Shown here: in pieces, positions 18,178 to 27,988 of the stretch
Numbering within the stretch: the first letter of the stretch is position 1
Layout: every line of letters starts with the position of its first letter
Source: an uncultured Methanosarcinales archaeon
GTDB taxonomy: Archaea; Nanobdellota; Nanobdellia; Woesearchaeales; UBA12501
Length of the DNA stretch: 64,000 bases
Assembly: GCA_964343705.1 (NCBI GenBank)
Contig: CAYFJX010000004.1
Coordinates: forward strand, 69,583-133,582
Direction: 5' to 3'
Made by a program: the position numbers and the translations under genes
The notes under the pieces: generated by a model
The model's database searches: none
Seen by the model: only the letters and a program-made list of their open reading frames with translations
What the model was told of the DNA's origin: nothing

Positions 18178-20484
18178 TTAACGTGCTTCAACCCAAGCTT
18201 GATATTGATCATGGCGTTCTTTTACATCAGCCATCAATGAGGCAACTGCATCTTGTTTATCACCAGGATGACCAGGAATAAAGTTTGCAGCATTGGTGTG
18301 GTTTACAACTATTAAATTATGTTTTCCTACTGGGAGAATTAAAGAAGGTGTTTCTTGGGCACGCTTCATGATTTCATCTGACCCCACATAGGTTTTCTCA
18401 TGGCTTGCTATGTTCCTAATAGAGTACACTGCAAAGGGTCCGTCTTCACCATTTATTACAGGTGTTGTTTGTAGCCATGCCTGAAGTTCAAGAGGATTTC
18501 CAACCTGCCCAAGATCAGGTGCAGTTACATAAAATATATGTCGTTTGCGTTGATTTCCAATTGTTTGCTTATACACTTCTCCTTTCTTAAGTATGTCATC
18601 TACTCTCCCTCTTGTTATACCTTTTGCTTCACGGAGCTCTTTTGCTGTTACAAGCACTAATCCTTGATGATAATGTATTGCTTGAACCCTTCCAGTAGAC
18701 AGTGGCTCCTCGAGAGTTGGCTCGTGTTGTATAAGAGTGCCATCTGGTTCCATCTTCTGCCTCCAGCGCTGAAATTGTTCATAGCGCTGTCCAACATCAG
18801 CTAAAAGATCCTCAACAAATCCTCCTCTTTTTGTGTTGGTTGATACAAAGTGGCGAGCATTGTCTTTGTTAACAATGAAATATTTGCTTGCTCTTTGTTC
18901 TGAGTGTGTACCAATCACTCTTATTAGGTCTTGTTCAAAAACTTTTTCTAATGCTTCTACAGTTTTCATTCCTGGGATAGTGCCAAGTCTCACTGTGTTA
19001 TATAATGCAAAGGGTGTGTCTATACCAACAAAACGATTTGCCTTAACTTCGGAGAGAAGCTCATTATAACTTGATCCATGGCGTTCGAAAACAGCAGGAA
19101 GTATTTCAGGAGTGAGAAAGTAAACACGTATTGGTCGTTTCTCACCAAACTCTTCAGCATACAATAATCCTCCTTCAATAAGCCTTTGTAATTCCTTGCG
19201 GTTTTTGGTGTCCTTAATTTTGTGGAATACAACGTGGGTTATAGGGAAAAATCCATCTTGGTAACATGCGTCAACCTCATTGTTAAGTGATAAGGTTATT
19301 GAGGGGTTAGTTTTAGGTGGTTCCGGTTCTGTATTTGTTTTTTCTTCAAGACTTGCTGCTTCAGTAGGGGTAGCTGGTATACGAACTGCTGACAAAGCAG
19401 ATATTTCATCTACCTCTCCTGCATCATTCTGTTCTAGTTCTTCATCATGTTGCTCTTCATCAAGTCCTGCTTCATATGCTTCTAATGCTTTTAATTTTTC
19501 CCACAAGTTTTTCCTACTGATTCCAAGGAGTTTGGCAGCTTCTGCTTTTCTTCCTCCTGTGTGGGCGAGTGCAATTTTGATATAGCTAAGCTCTGCCTCA
19601 CGCATAACTTCTACCAACGGTCGAAATCCTCGACGTCTTCTGTATGTTTGTCCACCTGTTAAATCAAGAGAGTTTTGGTCAAAAATAATATGTTGCGCTC
19701 TGAGGCTTTCTCCGTCACTCAAGAGCACTGCCCGTTCAATAATATTTTCTAACTCCCTAACATTCCCACCCCACTCATAATTTTGTAAAATCACAGCTGC
19801 GTTTCCATCAATGCTAGTGACTCTTGTGCCATATTTTTTATTATTCTTAGCAACAAGATATGCGGCAATATCCAAAAGGTCACTTCCCCTATCTCGTAAG
19901 GGAGGTACATGTAATGGGAATACATTCAGTCGGTGAAATAGGTCTTGCCGAAACGTCCCTTTTTCAATTTCCTGCACAAGATCCTTATTTGTTGCTGCAA
20001 GCACACGTACATCAATAGATGCTGTTTGAGTTGCACCAACGGGGACTACTTCTCGTTCTTGTAACACATTAAGCAGCTTTGCTTGCATGTCAGGACTCAT
20101 TTCTGAAACTTCATCAAGGAATATAGTGCCTCTATCAGCTTCTCGGAAATGTCCTTTTCTTGCTTGACTTGCACCAGTAAACGCACCTTTAACATGACCA
20201 AACAATTCTGATTCCATGATTCCCTCAGGAATTGCAGGGCAATTTACATGGACAAACGGATTTTTCTTAGTTTGATTAGCTCCACTAGCATGTAATGCTT
20301 TAGCAATCAGTGTCTTCCCAGTTCCTGTTTCACCTGTAAGCAAAACACTAGCAGGCTTGCCTGCAAGAATGTTAAGAAATTGGTATAACTGCAGCATTGC
20401 AGGGCTTTTTCCTACAATCTCAAGATCTCCATTAATTTTGTAGATTCCCTGCTCAGCGTCATAATTGGCAATATCTCCTGTCAT
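18178..20484 (-). CDS. Sigma-54-interaction-domain AAA+ ATPase (bEBP-like, GAFTGA motif) + Fis-type HTH + duplicated C-terminal domain
   Basis: Walker A is LLTGETGTGKTLIAKA. ESELFGHVKGAFTGAS is the GAFTGA signature. Also has RVLAATNKDL...FRQDLFHRLNVFPLHVPPLRDR and the HTH GGRKAEAAKLLGISRKNLWEKLK. The last ~300 aa form two repeats of about 130 aa (..ADVGQRYEQFQRW.. / ..ADVKERHDQYQAW..). Confidence 0.75.
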   Translation of the reverse strand: MTGDIANYDAEQGIYKINGDLEIVGKSPAMLQLYQFLNILAGKPASVLLTGETGTGKTLIAKALHASGANQTKKNPFVHVNCPAIPEGIMESELFGHVKGAFTGASQARKGHFREADRGTIFLDEVSEMSPDMQAKLLNVLQEREVVPVGATQTASIDVRVLAATNKDLVQEIEKGTFRQDLFHRLNVFPLHVPPLRDRGSDLLDIAAYLVAKNNKKYGTRVTSIDGNAAVILQNYEWGGNVRELENIIERAVLLSDGESLRAQHIIFDQNSLDLTGGQTYRRRRGFRPLVEVMREAELSYIKIALAHTGGRKAEAAKLLGISRKNLWEKLKALEAYEAGLDEEQHDEELEQNDAGEVDEISALSAVRIPATPTEAASLEEKTNTEPEPPKTNPSITLSLNNEVDACYQDGFFPITHVVFHKIKDTKNRKELQRLIEGGLLYAEEFGEKRPIRVYFLTPEILPAVFERHGSSYNELLSEVKANRFVGIDTPFALYNTVRLGTIPGMKTVEALEKVFEQDLIRVIGTHSEQRASKYFIVNKDNARHFVSTNTKRGGFVEDLLADVGQRYEQFQRWRQKMEPDGTLIQHEPTLEEPLSTGRVQAIHYHQGLVLVTAKELREAKGITRGRVDDILKKGEVYKQTIGNQRKRHIFYVTAPDLGQVGNPLELQAWLQTTPVINGEDGPFAVYSIRNIASHEKTYVGSDEIMKRAQETPSLILPVGKHNLIVVNHTNAANFIPGHPGDKQDAVASLMADVKERHDQYQAWVEAR

Positions 20485-20505
20485 ATATGGATAAGCCTAT
20501 CTTAT

Positions 20506-21234
20506 TTAAGTGTTTCTGGTCTGTCCAACCATCTCTTTATAACAGTGATCCATGATGAACTTTAAATTCTCAATATCTTCTTTGTTATACTCCACTAACA
20601 ACTCTAAATACTCACGATCGCCACTGGCATGAAATGCTTTCCATAAGTCAACTGGATTGCCTCTTAGATTTTGTGGTCGTTGCAAGCCAAGCAGTTCTTC
20701 AACAACTTTTAATCCACCTTTCAAACCAAGTTTGACACACAGTGGTTTCAAATCAATGTGTGGTCCATTAAATTGTATGTTAAATTGCTTTCTTAATTTT
20801 GGAAGATCAAACGCTCCACCATTAAACGTCACGAGCACTTTAAACTGATCAAGTACTTTTTGCACCAGTGCAGCATCAAGATTAGCACCTGCAACAAACA
20901 CCTTAGTATCATAATAATTAGAAATGCCCACTATGGTTATCTCACCGCGTGAGTCTGTTTCAATATCAACAAAGCCAACATCATCACGAAAGTGCTCATA
21001 CAAACGCCAGTGCTCTGTACTGGGAAAACACCTAAAGAATGTTGCATCATCTGCAACAAGTGCATCCTGTGCCTCCTGGATCTTTCTGTCATAATGTGCT
21101 TTGCGTCCAGCAGAAAACCCTTTAATCTCACCAGCACGCAAGAAATCAGCCCAGTCAGTAATACCTTGCTTCCAAAGCTGGCGCTCTTTGCCAGCTCCGA
21201 TCTTATCCAGAAATACAAACGTGTTTCGTATCAT
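20506..21234 (-). CDS. RNase H-like 3'-5' exonuclease (YprB/DnaQ-like fold)
   Basis: FVDIETDSRGEITIVGI and FNGGAFDLPKL match the Exo I and Exo II motifs. It is 22 nt upstream of the AAA+ gene on the same strand. Confidence 0.55.
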   Translation of the reverse strand: MIRNTFVFLDKIGAGKERQLWKQGITDWADFLRAGEIKGFSAGRKAHYDRKIQEAQDALVADDATFFRCFPSTEHWRLYEHFRDDVGFVDIETDSRGEITIVGISNYYDTKVFVAGANLDAALVQKVLDQFKVLVTFNGGAFDLPKLRKQFNIQFNGPHIDLKPLCVKLGLKGGLKVVEELLGLQRPQNLRGNPVDLWKAFHASGDREYLELLVEYNKEDIENLKFIMDHCYKEMVGQTRNT

Positions 21235-21267
21235 AAAAAAAGAGAAAAAAAAGAAAGAATAAAAAAG

Positions 21268-21915
21268 TTACTTATGTAAGTTCTTGATGAACTTCTTTGC
21301 GTCCTCTTTTAGACCAAGTCCTAGGCTAATTCCTAGAGCAAGACCAATTCCAATTGCTAGCGCACCAACAATCGCAAGGATTATGTTTTCTAAGATTGAT
21401 ACATCAATGCCAATTTGTTTTAGAGCAATGATGCCAACTAAGATAACAATAGCAAAGTATAGTAGTTGACTTACCGCTTTAGCACCTTTGATGCGTGTAC
21501 TCATAACCTTAGCTCCTGTGTAATCCGCAAGGATTAGCGCTAAGATAATTAAGATTACTGCAACAATAAGGTTTGGTAACCAACCGACCACAAGGGTCAA
21601 GAACCCAGTTAAGACACCTAGGTCAACCAATTCAACTGCTTGGCCTAGAAACAGTATAAAGATATACCATTTTACAATAATGCCTACGAAATCTGATAAT
21701 TCAGCGTTTCGTATAACATCTGTCTTACAAATTCTCTGAACTCGCTTGTCTAGCTTCAATCGGTCAAGGAATTCTGTGACAACCCAGCCAATCAAAGCTG
21801 CGATGATATATCCCAGTATCAGAATAATTATCGCGGCAATAATGCCAGGTAGAGCTAGTAACGAGTTGTTGAGTAGGGTCTTTACAGCTGTGCCCACATT
21901 TGCAACAAACGCCAT
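21268..21915 (-). CDS. Membrane protein with repeated TM-helix modules (MscS-associated TM_helix-like)
   Basis: 215 aa with repeated hydrophobic helices separated by short charged loops. Confidence 0.45.
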   Translation of the reverse strand: MAFVANVGTAVKTLLNNSLLALPGIIAAIIILILGYIIAALIGWVVTEFLDRLKLDKRVQRICKTDVIRNAELSDFVGIIVKWYIFILFLGQAVELVDLGVLTGFLTLVVGWLPNLIVAVILIILALILADYTGAKVMSTRIKGAKAVSQLLYFAIVILVGIIALKQIGIDVSILENIILAIVGALAIGIGLALGISLGLGLKEDAKKFIKNLHK

Positions 21916-22203
21916 CTATAATCCACCTCTTTTTTCTTTTTTTTGTATTATCTTACATTATAAATAATACTACAGTCATTTTGTGAAACCTAGTATAAAA
22001 AGGTTTCTATAAAAAATGTACTTTTGTGTATACTAACTGGTTATAGTGTGTATGCACCTTGTTTGATTGTGTATTTTTAACTACATAAAAATTTAAATAA
22101 AAGATTATATCTCTTGAATAGCAACAAAGCTTTATGAATGACCTAGCTGAGGTGATGGGAATTCAGAAAAGAGATGATTAACTAGTGATAAAAAAGGTAA
22201 AAA

Positions 22204-23061
22204 ATGGGGGCTGTTGAAATGAAAAAGATAGTAGCATTCTTATTGTGTGTTCTTATGCTGACTCTAGTAGCTGGTTGTTACAACGCTGGATACTATGAAG
22301 AAGACAAAGAACAACAACCAGAAAAAGATTCTGGAGAACTAGGCGAGCAAGGCTTGCTTGAAATTCTAGAAGAAGCAGAAAAAGAAGAAGCTGCAGAAGA
22401 ACCTAAAGCTGAAGAAAAAGCTGAAGAAAAAGCTGAAGAGAAAGCTGCAGAAGAACCTAAAGCCGAAGAAAAAGAAGAAATGGCTGAAGAAAAGAAAGAT
22501 GATTCTGAAGAAAAACCTGAAGAAAAAGAAATGAAGAAAGCACCACTAAGACAAGACGTTACTGGTGATGTTACTGTAACAGAAGGTGACCTTGTTGAAG
22601 TAAAGCTTTCAGCATACGATCCAGACGGTGACAAAGTTACCTACTCATATGCTCGACCACTCGAAGCAGATGGTACATGGCAAACCAAAATTGGTGACGA
22701 AGGAACATACAAAGTGGATGTGACAGCTTCAGATGGCTCATCAAAAACAACAAAAACACTGACAATCCGTGTTCTACACAAGAACCGACCTCCAGTTATG
22801 GAGCCAATGAAAAAGATCGTTGTAAACGAAGGTGACACTATTAACCTTGCACCTCGAGTACGAGATCCAGAAGGACGAGATGTAACACTATCCTTCTCAG
22901 GCTGGATGACAGAAGCTAAGAAGAAAACAGGATTTGATGATGCAGGAAGTTACGAAGTAACCATCACAGCATCTGACGGTAAACTTAAAGACTCAATGGC
23001 AGTAAAAATTGATGTCTTGAACGTAAACCGAGCTCCTGTGTTTGAAACATCAGTCAACTAA
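22204..23061 (+). CDS. Secreted lipoprotein-like protein with an acidic EEKA-repeat linker and two Ig/cadherin-like repeat domains
   Basis: Signal plus lipobox-like LVAGC. (AEEKAEEK)n low-complexity region encoded by 18-bp tandem repeats. Two ~80-aa repeats carry DPDGD/DPEGRD...TY.V.VTASDG motifs. An alternative start lies at 22219. Confidence 0.55.
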   Translation: MGAVEMKKIVAFLLCVLMLTLVAGCYNAGYYEEDKEQQPEKDSGELGEQGLLEILEEAEKEEAAEEPKAEEKAEEKAEEKAAEEPKAEEKEEMAEEKKDDSEEKPEEKEMKKAPLRQDVTGDVTVTEGDLVEVKLSAYDPDGDKVTYSYARPLEADGTWQTKIGDEGTYKVDVTASDGSSKTTKTLTIRVLHKNRPPVMEPMKKIVVNEGDTINLAPRVRDPEGRDVTLSFSGWMTEAKKKTGFDDAGSYEVTITASDGKLKDSMAVKIDVLNVNRAPVFETSVN

Positions 23062-23096
23062 AGGTTTTTTTTACCTTTTTTATTTTCTATTTTTCT

Positions 23097-23399
23097 TTAT
23101 GATTTCCACAACAACTCAAACTGTTTTCTAAAAGAATCAGCCATTTCATTATTTCTAATAAGAACCATCATGGGATTAACACCTGCAGTGGTTGAAATTA
23201 GAACATTCTTGCCAATAATACAAATCTCCATTGGCACACGGAACTTCTCAGGCAGCATTTTACACTGACACCCTTTGATTTTCTCAATCTTGTCCTTTTC
23301 AGTAGATGGTTCATTAAATAACATCTTTGTCTTGCCAACATTGGCATTTCCAAGTATAAGTTGTATGGCGAGCGACACCGGGTGAGCTCCCTCTTGACG
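23097..23399 (-). pseudogene. Truncated TrmB-like regulator fragment (C-terminal domain only)
   Basis: ADSFRKQFELLWKS matches the C-terminus of the 8896..9630 TrmB (AESYRKHFELLWKIA). The ORF lacks the HTH half and is only 93 aa. Confidence 0.5.
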
Positions 23400-23685
23400 C
23401 TGATATTGTTAAGTACCATCGATCTGTTTTTGGCTACAGTCCAAATCAAATAAGTGATTTGTGTCCAGTACCCCATCCTGGGCCTACAGATTCTGTTCGA
23501 AGAATATCTACGGTGTATCATGCAACAGAGCAAGACACTCTTGCATTTGCAGAGCAAGCTCAAAACAAATGGGGTTCTTTTCCTGGGGCTGCAAAAATAG
23601 TTTCAGAACAAATTTGTGTAGTGAGTGAACCAATAAGGACCTAGTGCAAGCAAAGTTTATATAGTAGTTTAGCTTCTCTAGCCTT

Positions 23686-23970
23686 ATGGCAAAACAACTT
23701 GTATTAAAAGTGGCAGTAAAAGAAGAGCCAGAAGGAGGCTATTCTGTAATTTGTACTGATTTAGGCGTAGCAAGCCAGGGTGAAACAGTAGATGAAGCTC
23801 TGGAAAATATTAAAGAAGCTGTTGAATTATATTTAGAAAGTGCCAAGGAATTAGGTATTATGGACGAAGTTCTTGATAAGTTAGGCCTTACTAAAGAAGA
23901 TCTTGAGAAAGGAGGTCTTTCAGTACCTAAAGTGTTTACAACAGATATTCCTGTTGAGTTGACAGCTTGA
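23686..23970 (+). CDS. hicB: HicB-family antitoxin
   Basis: YSVICTDLGVASQGETVDEALENIKEAVELYLE is the HicB/UPF0150 N-domain signature. It overlaps hicA by 4 nt. Confidence 0.7.
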   Translation: MAKQLVLKVAVKEEPEGGYSVICTDLGVASQGETVDEALENIKEAVELYLESAKELGIMDEVLDKLGLTKEDLEKGGLSVPKVFTTDIPVELTA

Positions 23971-24194
23971 AACTGCCTCTTGTTTCTTCTGACAAAGTTG
24001 TGAAATGGTTAAGCAAGCGAGGATTTTCAGTTACGCGACAAAAAGGATCACATATTTCTCTTCACAAAAAAGAAGGAAATAAAACCTTATTAGTTGTTGT
24101 TCCAAGAAAAAATCCAATCAAGAAAGGAACAATGTTAAATATTTTAAAGCAGGCGGGTATAAGTAGGAAAGAATTTATTGGGGAGATTAATTAA
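23967..24194 (+). CDS. hicA: HicA-family mRNA interferase toxin
   Basis: VVKWLSKRGFSVTRQKGSHISLHKK is the HicA/YcfA motif. 75 aa. Confidence 0.7.
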   Translation: MKLPLVSSDKVVKWLSKRGFSVTRQKGSHISLHKKEGNKTLLVVVPRKNPIKKGTMLNILKQAGISRKEFIGEIN

Positions 24195-24246
24195 TGGAGA
24201 AGTCAAAATTAGAGCAGGGTTATCTTAATATAAAAAAATACTTTTC

Positions 24247-25608
24247 TCACGCAACTCTTCGTTCAGCTTCTGAAACAGCACGTCTTAGTACTCGATGCGG
24301 TGCTGTTTCAGGGTTGGCAAATACGTGTTGGATATCTCCCCAGCGGTACACTTGTAGTATTGCTTTATACACCTTCAGTTCATCGATGGGGCTGGCATCA
24401 GGTGCTTTTTCCTTGATTAAAGTATTGATTCTGCTAGTGGATTTTGCATACATCAATGCTAGGTTTCTTTGTGTTACTGGTGTGTCTTCATTCCACAACT
24501 CAGGTGACCAGTATTCATCTTGTTCACCATTAAAATATTTGAAAATTCTTTCTTTCATCTGAGCTGCTGAGTAATTACTTTCTACTTTTTCCTCTAACTG
24601 TGCTGTTATTGCATCAACATGAGGTGCAAGGTCTCCAAATTGGTATACTTCCACACCACCTACCATTGTTCGTTCTGAGGTAATACCACGAACTGCAAGC
24701 TCAGGAGCAACGTGCTTTGTCATTGGAGGATGAAACCACTCCTCAATATTGAAGTACTTCTTTGCATTCTTAAATTCGCCACTTTTCATACTTTCTTGAG
24801 CAGCGTCATATGCTTTTCTTAAAAAGCTTTGAACAGGAGAATGTCGAGGGAAAACTACAAAACTAGCAGCAAGATAGTGTGGAGCTCGCATCTCATACAA
24901 TGCTACTGCTGCTTCCATTTCTTGGGCCAGCGCCACTTCTTGCTCCGGAGTTAGGAGAGGTGCTTTTCCTGCTTCTCGCAACCATAATTTCACCAGGTCT
25001 TTAGTTACTGCAGCTCCTTCTTCATCTTGTCTTTGCCGGCTTTCCTTAAGTATCTTACTTTCCGGGATATTAGTCTCTGCAGCATACATTGATTCTGGAA
25101 TTTCCCCTTCATACCCCAGTGACTTCATGACTTCTTTAAGTTCTTCTTTGCTTATATCAACAGCTTCATCTTTTTCAGCTTCGTGTTCTTCATAAAAACT
25201 TTCAAGTTCATCACGAGTAGTAAATACTTGCGAAGGAGTGAAACCTTCTGCAGTCTTTTTTTCTCGGAAGTCAACTATGCTTACTCCTTTTTTTTCATAT
25301 GCAACTGTTACATGGTAGCTGTTTGGCCCTTTTTTTTTCTTGACTGGTTTTGCATTGAACATGGCTCCAGCAACAAACATACTATCACCATCTTGCATGC
25401 TGACCACAAGTGTGTCTCTAGTAAGTTGGTCAACTTGCACTTCTAAAGTGGCATACACTAAGAAATTCTTTGCATTATCAGAAGGCAGAGGTAATGTGGC
25501 CACGTATTCCTCGCCACTTTTTTGAAGGGGGATAGTGAGGTCTCCAAGAATTTTCAAATAGTCGCTTCTGCTTTGTACTGGCTCCATTATCTCAGCAGGC
25601 ATTCCCAT
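24247..25608 (-). CDS. Hypothetical protein (453 aa)
   Basis: Long ORF. Contains a short stretch resembling sigma-70 region 1.2 (LWLREAGKAPLLTPEQEVALAQ), but no further sigma regions. Confidence 0.4.
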   Translation of the reverse strand: MGMPAEIMEPVQSRSDYLKILGDLTIPLQKSGEEYVATLPLPSDNAKNFLVYATLEVQVDQLTRDTLVVSMQDGDSMFVAGAMFNAKPVKKKKGPNSYHVTVAYEKKGVSIVDFREKKTAEGFTPSQVFTTRDELESFYEEHEAEKDEAVDISKEELKEVMKSLGYEGEIPESMYAAETNIPESKILKESRQRQDEEGAAVTKDLVKLWLREAGKAPLLTPEQEVALAQEMEAAVALYEMRAPHYLAASFVVFPRHSPVQSFLRKAYDAAQESMKSGEFKNAKKYFNIEEWFHPPMTKHVAPELAVRGITSERTMVGGVEVYQFGDLAPHVDAITAQLEEKVESNYSAAQMKERIFKYFNGEQDEYWSPELWNEDTPVTQRNLALMYAKSTSRINTLIKEKAPDASPIDELKVYKAILQVYRWGDIQHVFANPETAPHRVLRRAVSEAERRVA

Positions 25609-25659
25609 AATTTGGAGGTGAAGAACATTTTTTATAAATATTGTTGTGGAGCATTTCTG

Positions 25660-27261
25660 TTATCTCACTTTCTTCTTAACATTCCACACATCCTTCAATA
25701 ACATATTCATGTGTTTTTTCTCTGTAAAAGGACTCATAGGATATGATTTCAAAGAAACAATTGTCCGTCCTTTTCTGGTTTTACGATACACATCAGTGTA
25801 TGAAATCATACTGCTTCCTTTTTGTTCAGCTTCATGAATCATTTTTTCAGCAAGCTTGACATTAAACTTGTTCACACGTTCGGTAAACGACTGCGGCAGT
25901 TTATCATGTAGTTCAAGATCAAACAATTCTTCTCCATTTTTACCATGCTTGGTTTTTGGATACACTCTGAAGTCTGTTACAAATGCAGGATTGTGCTTGT
26001 TCATTACTGCAATGTCTGCACTCTTTTCCATTTTGTCACGAAGATAATCAGCACAGCCAAGAAGGTGTACTAACAATGTTTCATACCCTTCCTTACCAAA
26101 TGCCATCATATTAACCAGGGCTTTCTGCGCATAGTTTGGCCTGCTGGATTCAAGAGTAAAACATCCGGGCTGGTATCCTGCACCGTGGTACAAGTAGGGC
26201 ATGTCTTTTTTTCCTTTTGTTAGTAATAAGAAATCTTTTTGATTTTTTACAACAATAGCACTGCACAAGTACGGACTCCACCCTGTTTTGTGAAAGTCAA
26301 TACCTACACTGTCAGCGTATTGTACACCCGTTATGTTTTTACATATGCTTTGTACTTCACTACGTAATCGTTTACTAAAACCGCGCAACAAGTGTGATCG
26401 TTTAAATGTCAAGTAGGGCCAGCCAATCACTGCGTCAGCATGTACGTGAATCTTGTACCTCAGCTTTTGTTGGATTCTGTTCCGTATCTTGACAATTTCC
26501 TTGACAGGATCAAGACCAAAAGCATCTGTTGTTCCCATTGTTGCGTACACTGTTCCAATTCTGCATCCTTGCTTGATTGCTTTTTTCATTTCACGCTCGA
26601 GAACATCAACTCTCATAACATTGTTGTCGTCAGTTGGAATTTTTACCACGTTTCGTCCACCAAGTCCTGTCCAGATAGCAGCAGACAAAATACTATAATG
26701 GCTAATGTCACTGCAAAACATCTTAATGCGATCGCGTATCCCTGTTACTTTTGCATTAGGGTCGGCTTTTTCAATACCTACACGAGCAGCGTACAAGTTA
26801 CAACCTGTTCCACCAAACGTGAAAATACCTCCAGCACGCTTTTTGTCATACCCAATGATGTCAGCAAGCATTGCAATACTCATAACCTCGCTTTGTGCAG
26901 CACTCACACCATAATGATCCCAAATACTATTCTCGTTATATCTCGCAGCAAGTGTTGCAGCTGCAATAGAAACATTAGTGGGTGGTGGAACTACATTTAC
27001 TTGGGTGCGAGGATCTGCCCACACACCAACACCCTGATAGATTTTCTTGAGCATGGCAAGTATTTGCTGCTCTGACTGCATCCTCTTTGGAAATCGCGTG
27101 GTGCGCATGATCTTTTTGTAGTTAATCTGCTTTTTCTTTCCAACAACAGTGCCATTCTTGTCACGGTCAATTGAGAAAAGTTGCTTAGAAATAGTTTTGA
27201 GCAGTTTGTGCTCATCACCTTTTGCTTTAGAAAACAGTTTACGTACTTTACTTATACCCAT
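25660..27261 (-). CDS. PLP-dependent amino-acid decarboxylase (group II, Tyr/Glu/DOPA decarboxylase family)
   Basis: HVHADAVIGWPYL matches the HVDAAxGG region. SVGIDFHKTGWSPY carries the PLP-lysine motif (S-x-x-x-HK). 533 aa. Confidence 0.65.
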   Translation of the reverse strand: MGISKVRKLFSKAKGDEHKLLKTISKQLFSIDRDKNGTVVGKKKQINYKKIMRTTRFPKRMQSEQQILAMLKKIYQGVGVWADPRTQVNVVPPPTNVSIAAATLAARYNENSIWDHYGVSAAQSEVMSIAMLADIIGYDKKRAGGIFTFGGTGCNLYAARVGIEKADPNAKVTGIRDRIKMFCSDISHYSILSAAIWTGLGGRNVVKIPTDDNNVMRVDVLEREMKKAIKQGCRIGTVYATMGTTDAFGLDPVKEIVKIRNRIQQKLRYKIHVHADAVIGWPYLTFKRSHLLRGFSKRLRSEVQSICKNITGVQYADSVGIDFHKTGWSPYLCSAIVVKNQKDFLLLTKGKKDMPYLYHGAGYQPGCFTLESSRPNYAQKALVNMMAFGKEGYETLLVHLLGCADYLRDKMEKSADIAVMNKHNPAFVTDFRVYPKTKHGKNGEELFDLELHDKLPQSFTERVNKFNVKLAEKMIHEAEQKGSSMISYTDVYRKTRKGRTIVSLKSYPMSPFTEKKHMNMLLKDVWNVKKKVR

Positions 27262-27314
27262 GGAATACCTCTTTTTTCTTCTCTAACACAACAATCTTTT
27301 TAAATTTTTTTCAT

Positions 27315-27914
27315 GTGGGTGGGTGTATGTCTCTTGAAGCGGAACTTGTTGAGGAAGGTCGTGGAATCGGCAATTCAAAAGATGATATTCTTCAAGCACT
27401 TATCAACCAATTTCATCACCAAATACGAGTTTGTATTGAACTGGGGATTGCACAAGCTAATAGGTCTCTTTACACTCGATTTGATCCTGCTGTTAAAGCG
27501 AGTATGGACTATGGTGAGATCTTTGTTGCAATCTATCAGAATGAGGAACAACCAGAAAATATTGTAATCGGTGGCAACATCTCCAGGGAACAATTCCTTG
27601 CAGCATTTGGTTCAACTGGGTGGCTGCAAGACTACAAGTTTACGCCACGTGGCTGGTACCGTGGACCTGCAGTTCTACAACCCAGTCTTGCTTATGTGAG
27701 GGAGCATCCGGATACACCAACAATAAACCTAACACTTATTGAAAGCATCCCATGGGTAAGAGAAGGAGACACACTTGCAGAACACCGACGCTACCATTGT
27801 ATTACTGCTGACGAGTTTGCTGAGAAACATGCTGGTTTACTAGAAGGAACTACGCTGGTCTACTCAGCACGATTCCCTGCAAAAGACCTTCCTTTGTGTG
27901 TTGAACAACCCTGA
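27315..27914 (+). CDS. Hypothetical protein
   Basis: 199-aa ORF with no recognisable motifs. Confidence 0.35.
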   Translation: MGGCMSLEAELVEEGRGIGNSKDDILQALINQFHHQIRVCIELGIAQANRSLYTRFDPAVKASMDYGEIFVAIYQNEEQPENIVIGGNISREQFLAAFGSTGWLQDYKFTPRGWYRGPAVLQPSLAYVREHPDTPTINLTLIESIPWVREGDTLAEHRRYHCITADEFAEKHAGLLEGTTLVYSARFPAKDLPLCVEQP

Positions 27915-27988
27915 TACGTCACAACAATCTTTATATACCTGCCATTCTTACCTTTTTAAGTAGTAAACAGATAAAAAGGGCTAAAAGA

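Noticed and set aside
22380-22470. Tandem 18-bp nucleotide repeats (gctgaagaaaaa...) that might be mistaken for a CRISPR or minisatellite
   Set aside because: They are in-frame inside the 22204..23061 CDS and encode the (AEEKAEEK)n acidic linker. There are no spacers of unique sequence. No CRISPR array is present in the window.
24247-25608. Sigma-70 region 1.2-like stretch (LWLREAGKAPLLTPEQEVALAQ) suggesting a bacterial sigma factor
   Set aside because: No region 2, 3 or 4 motifs follow, and the host is archaeal. I treat it as a coincidental helical motif in an unknown protein.
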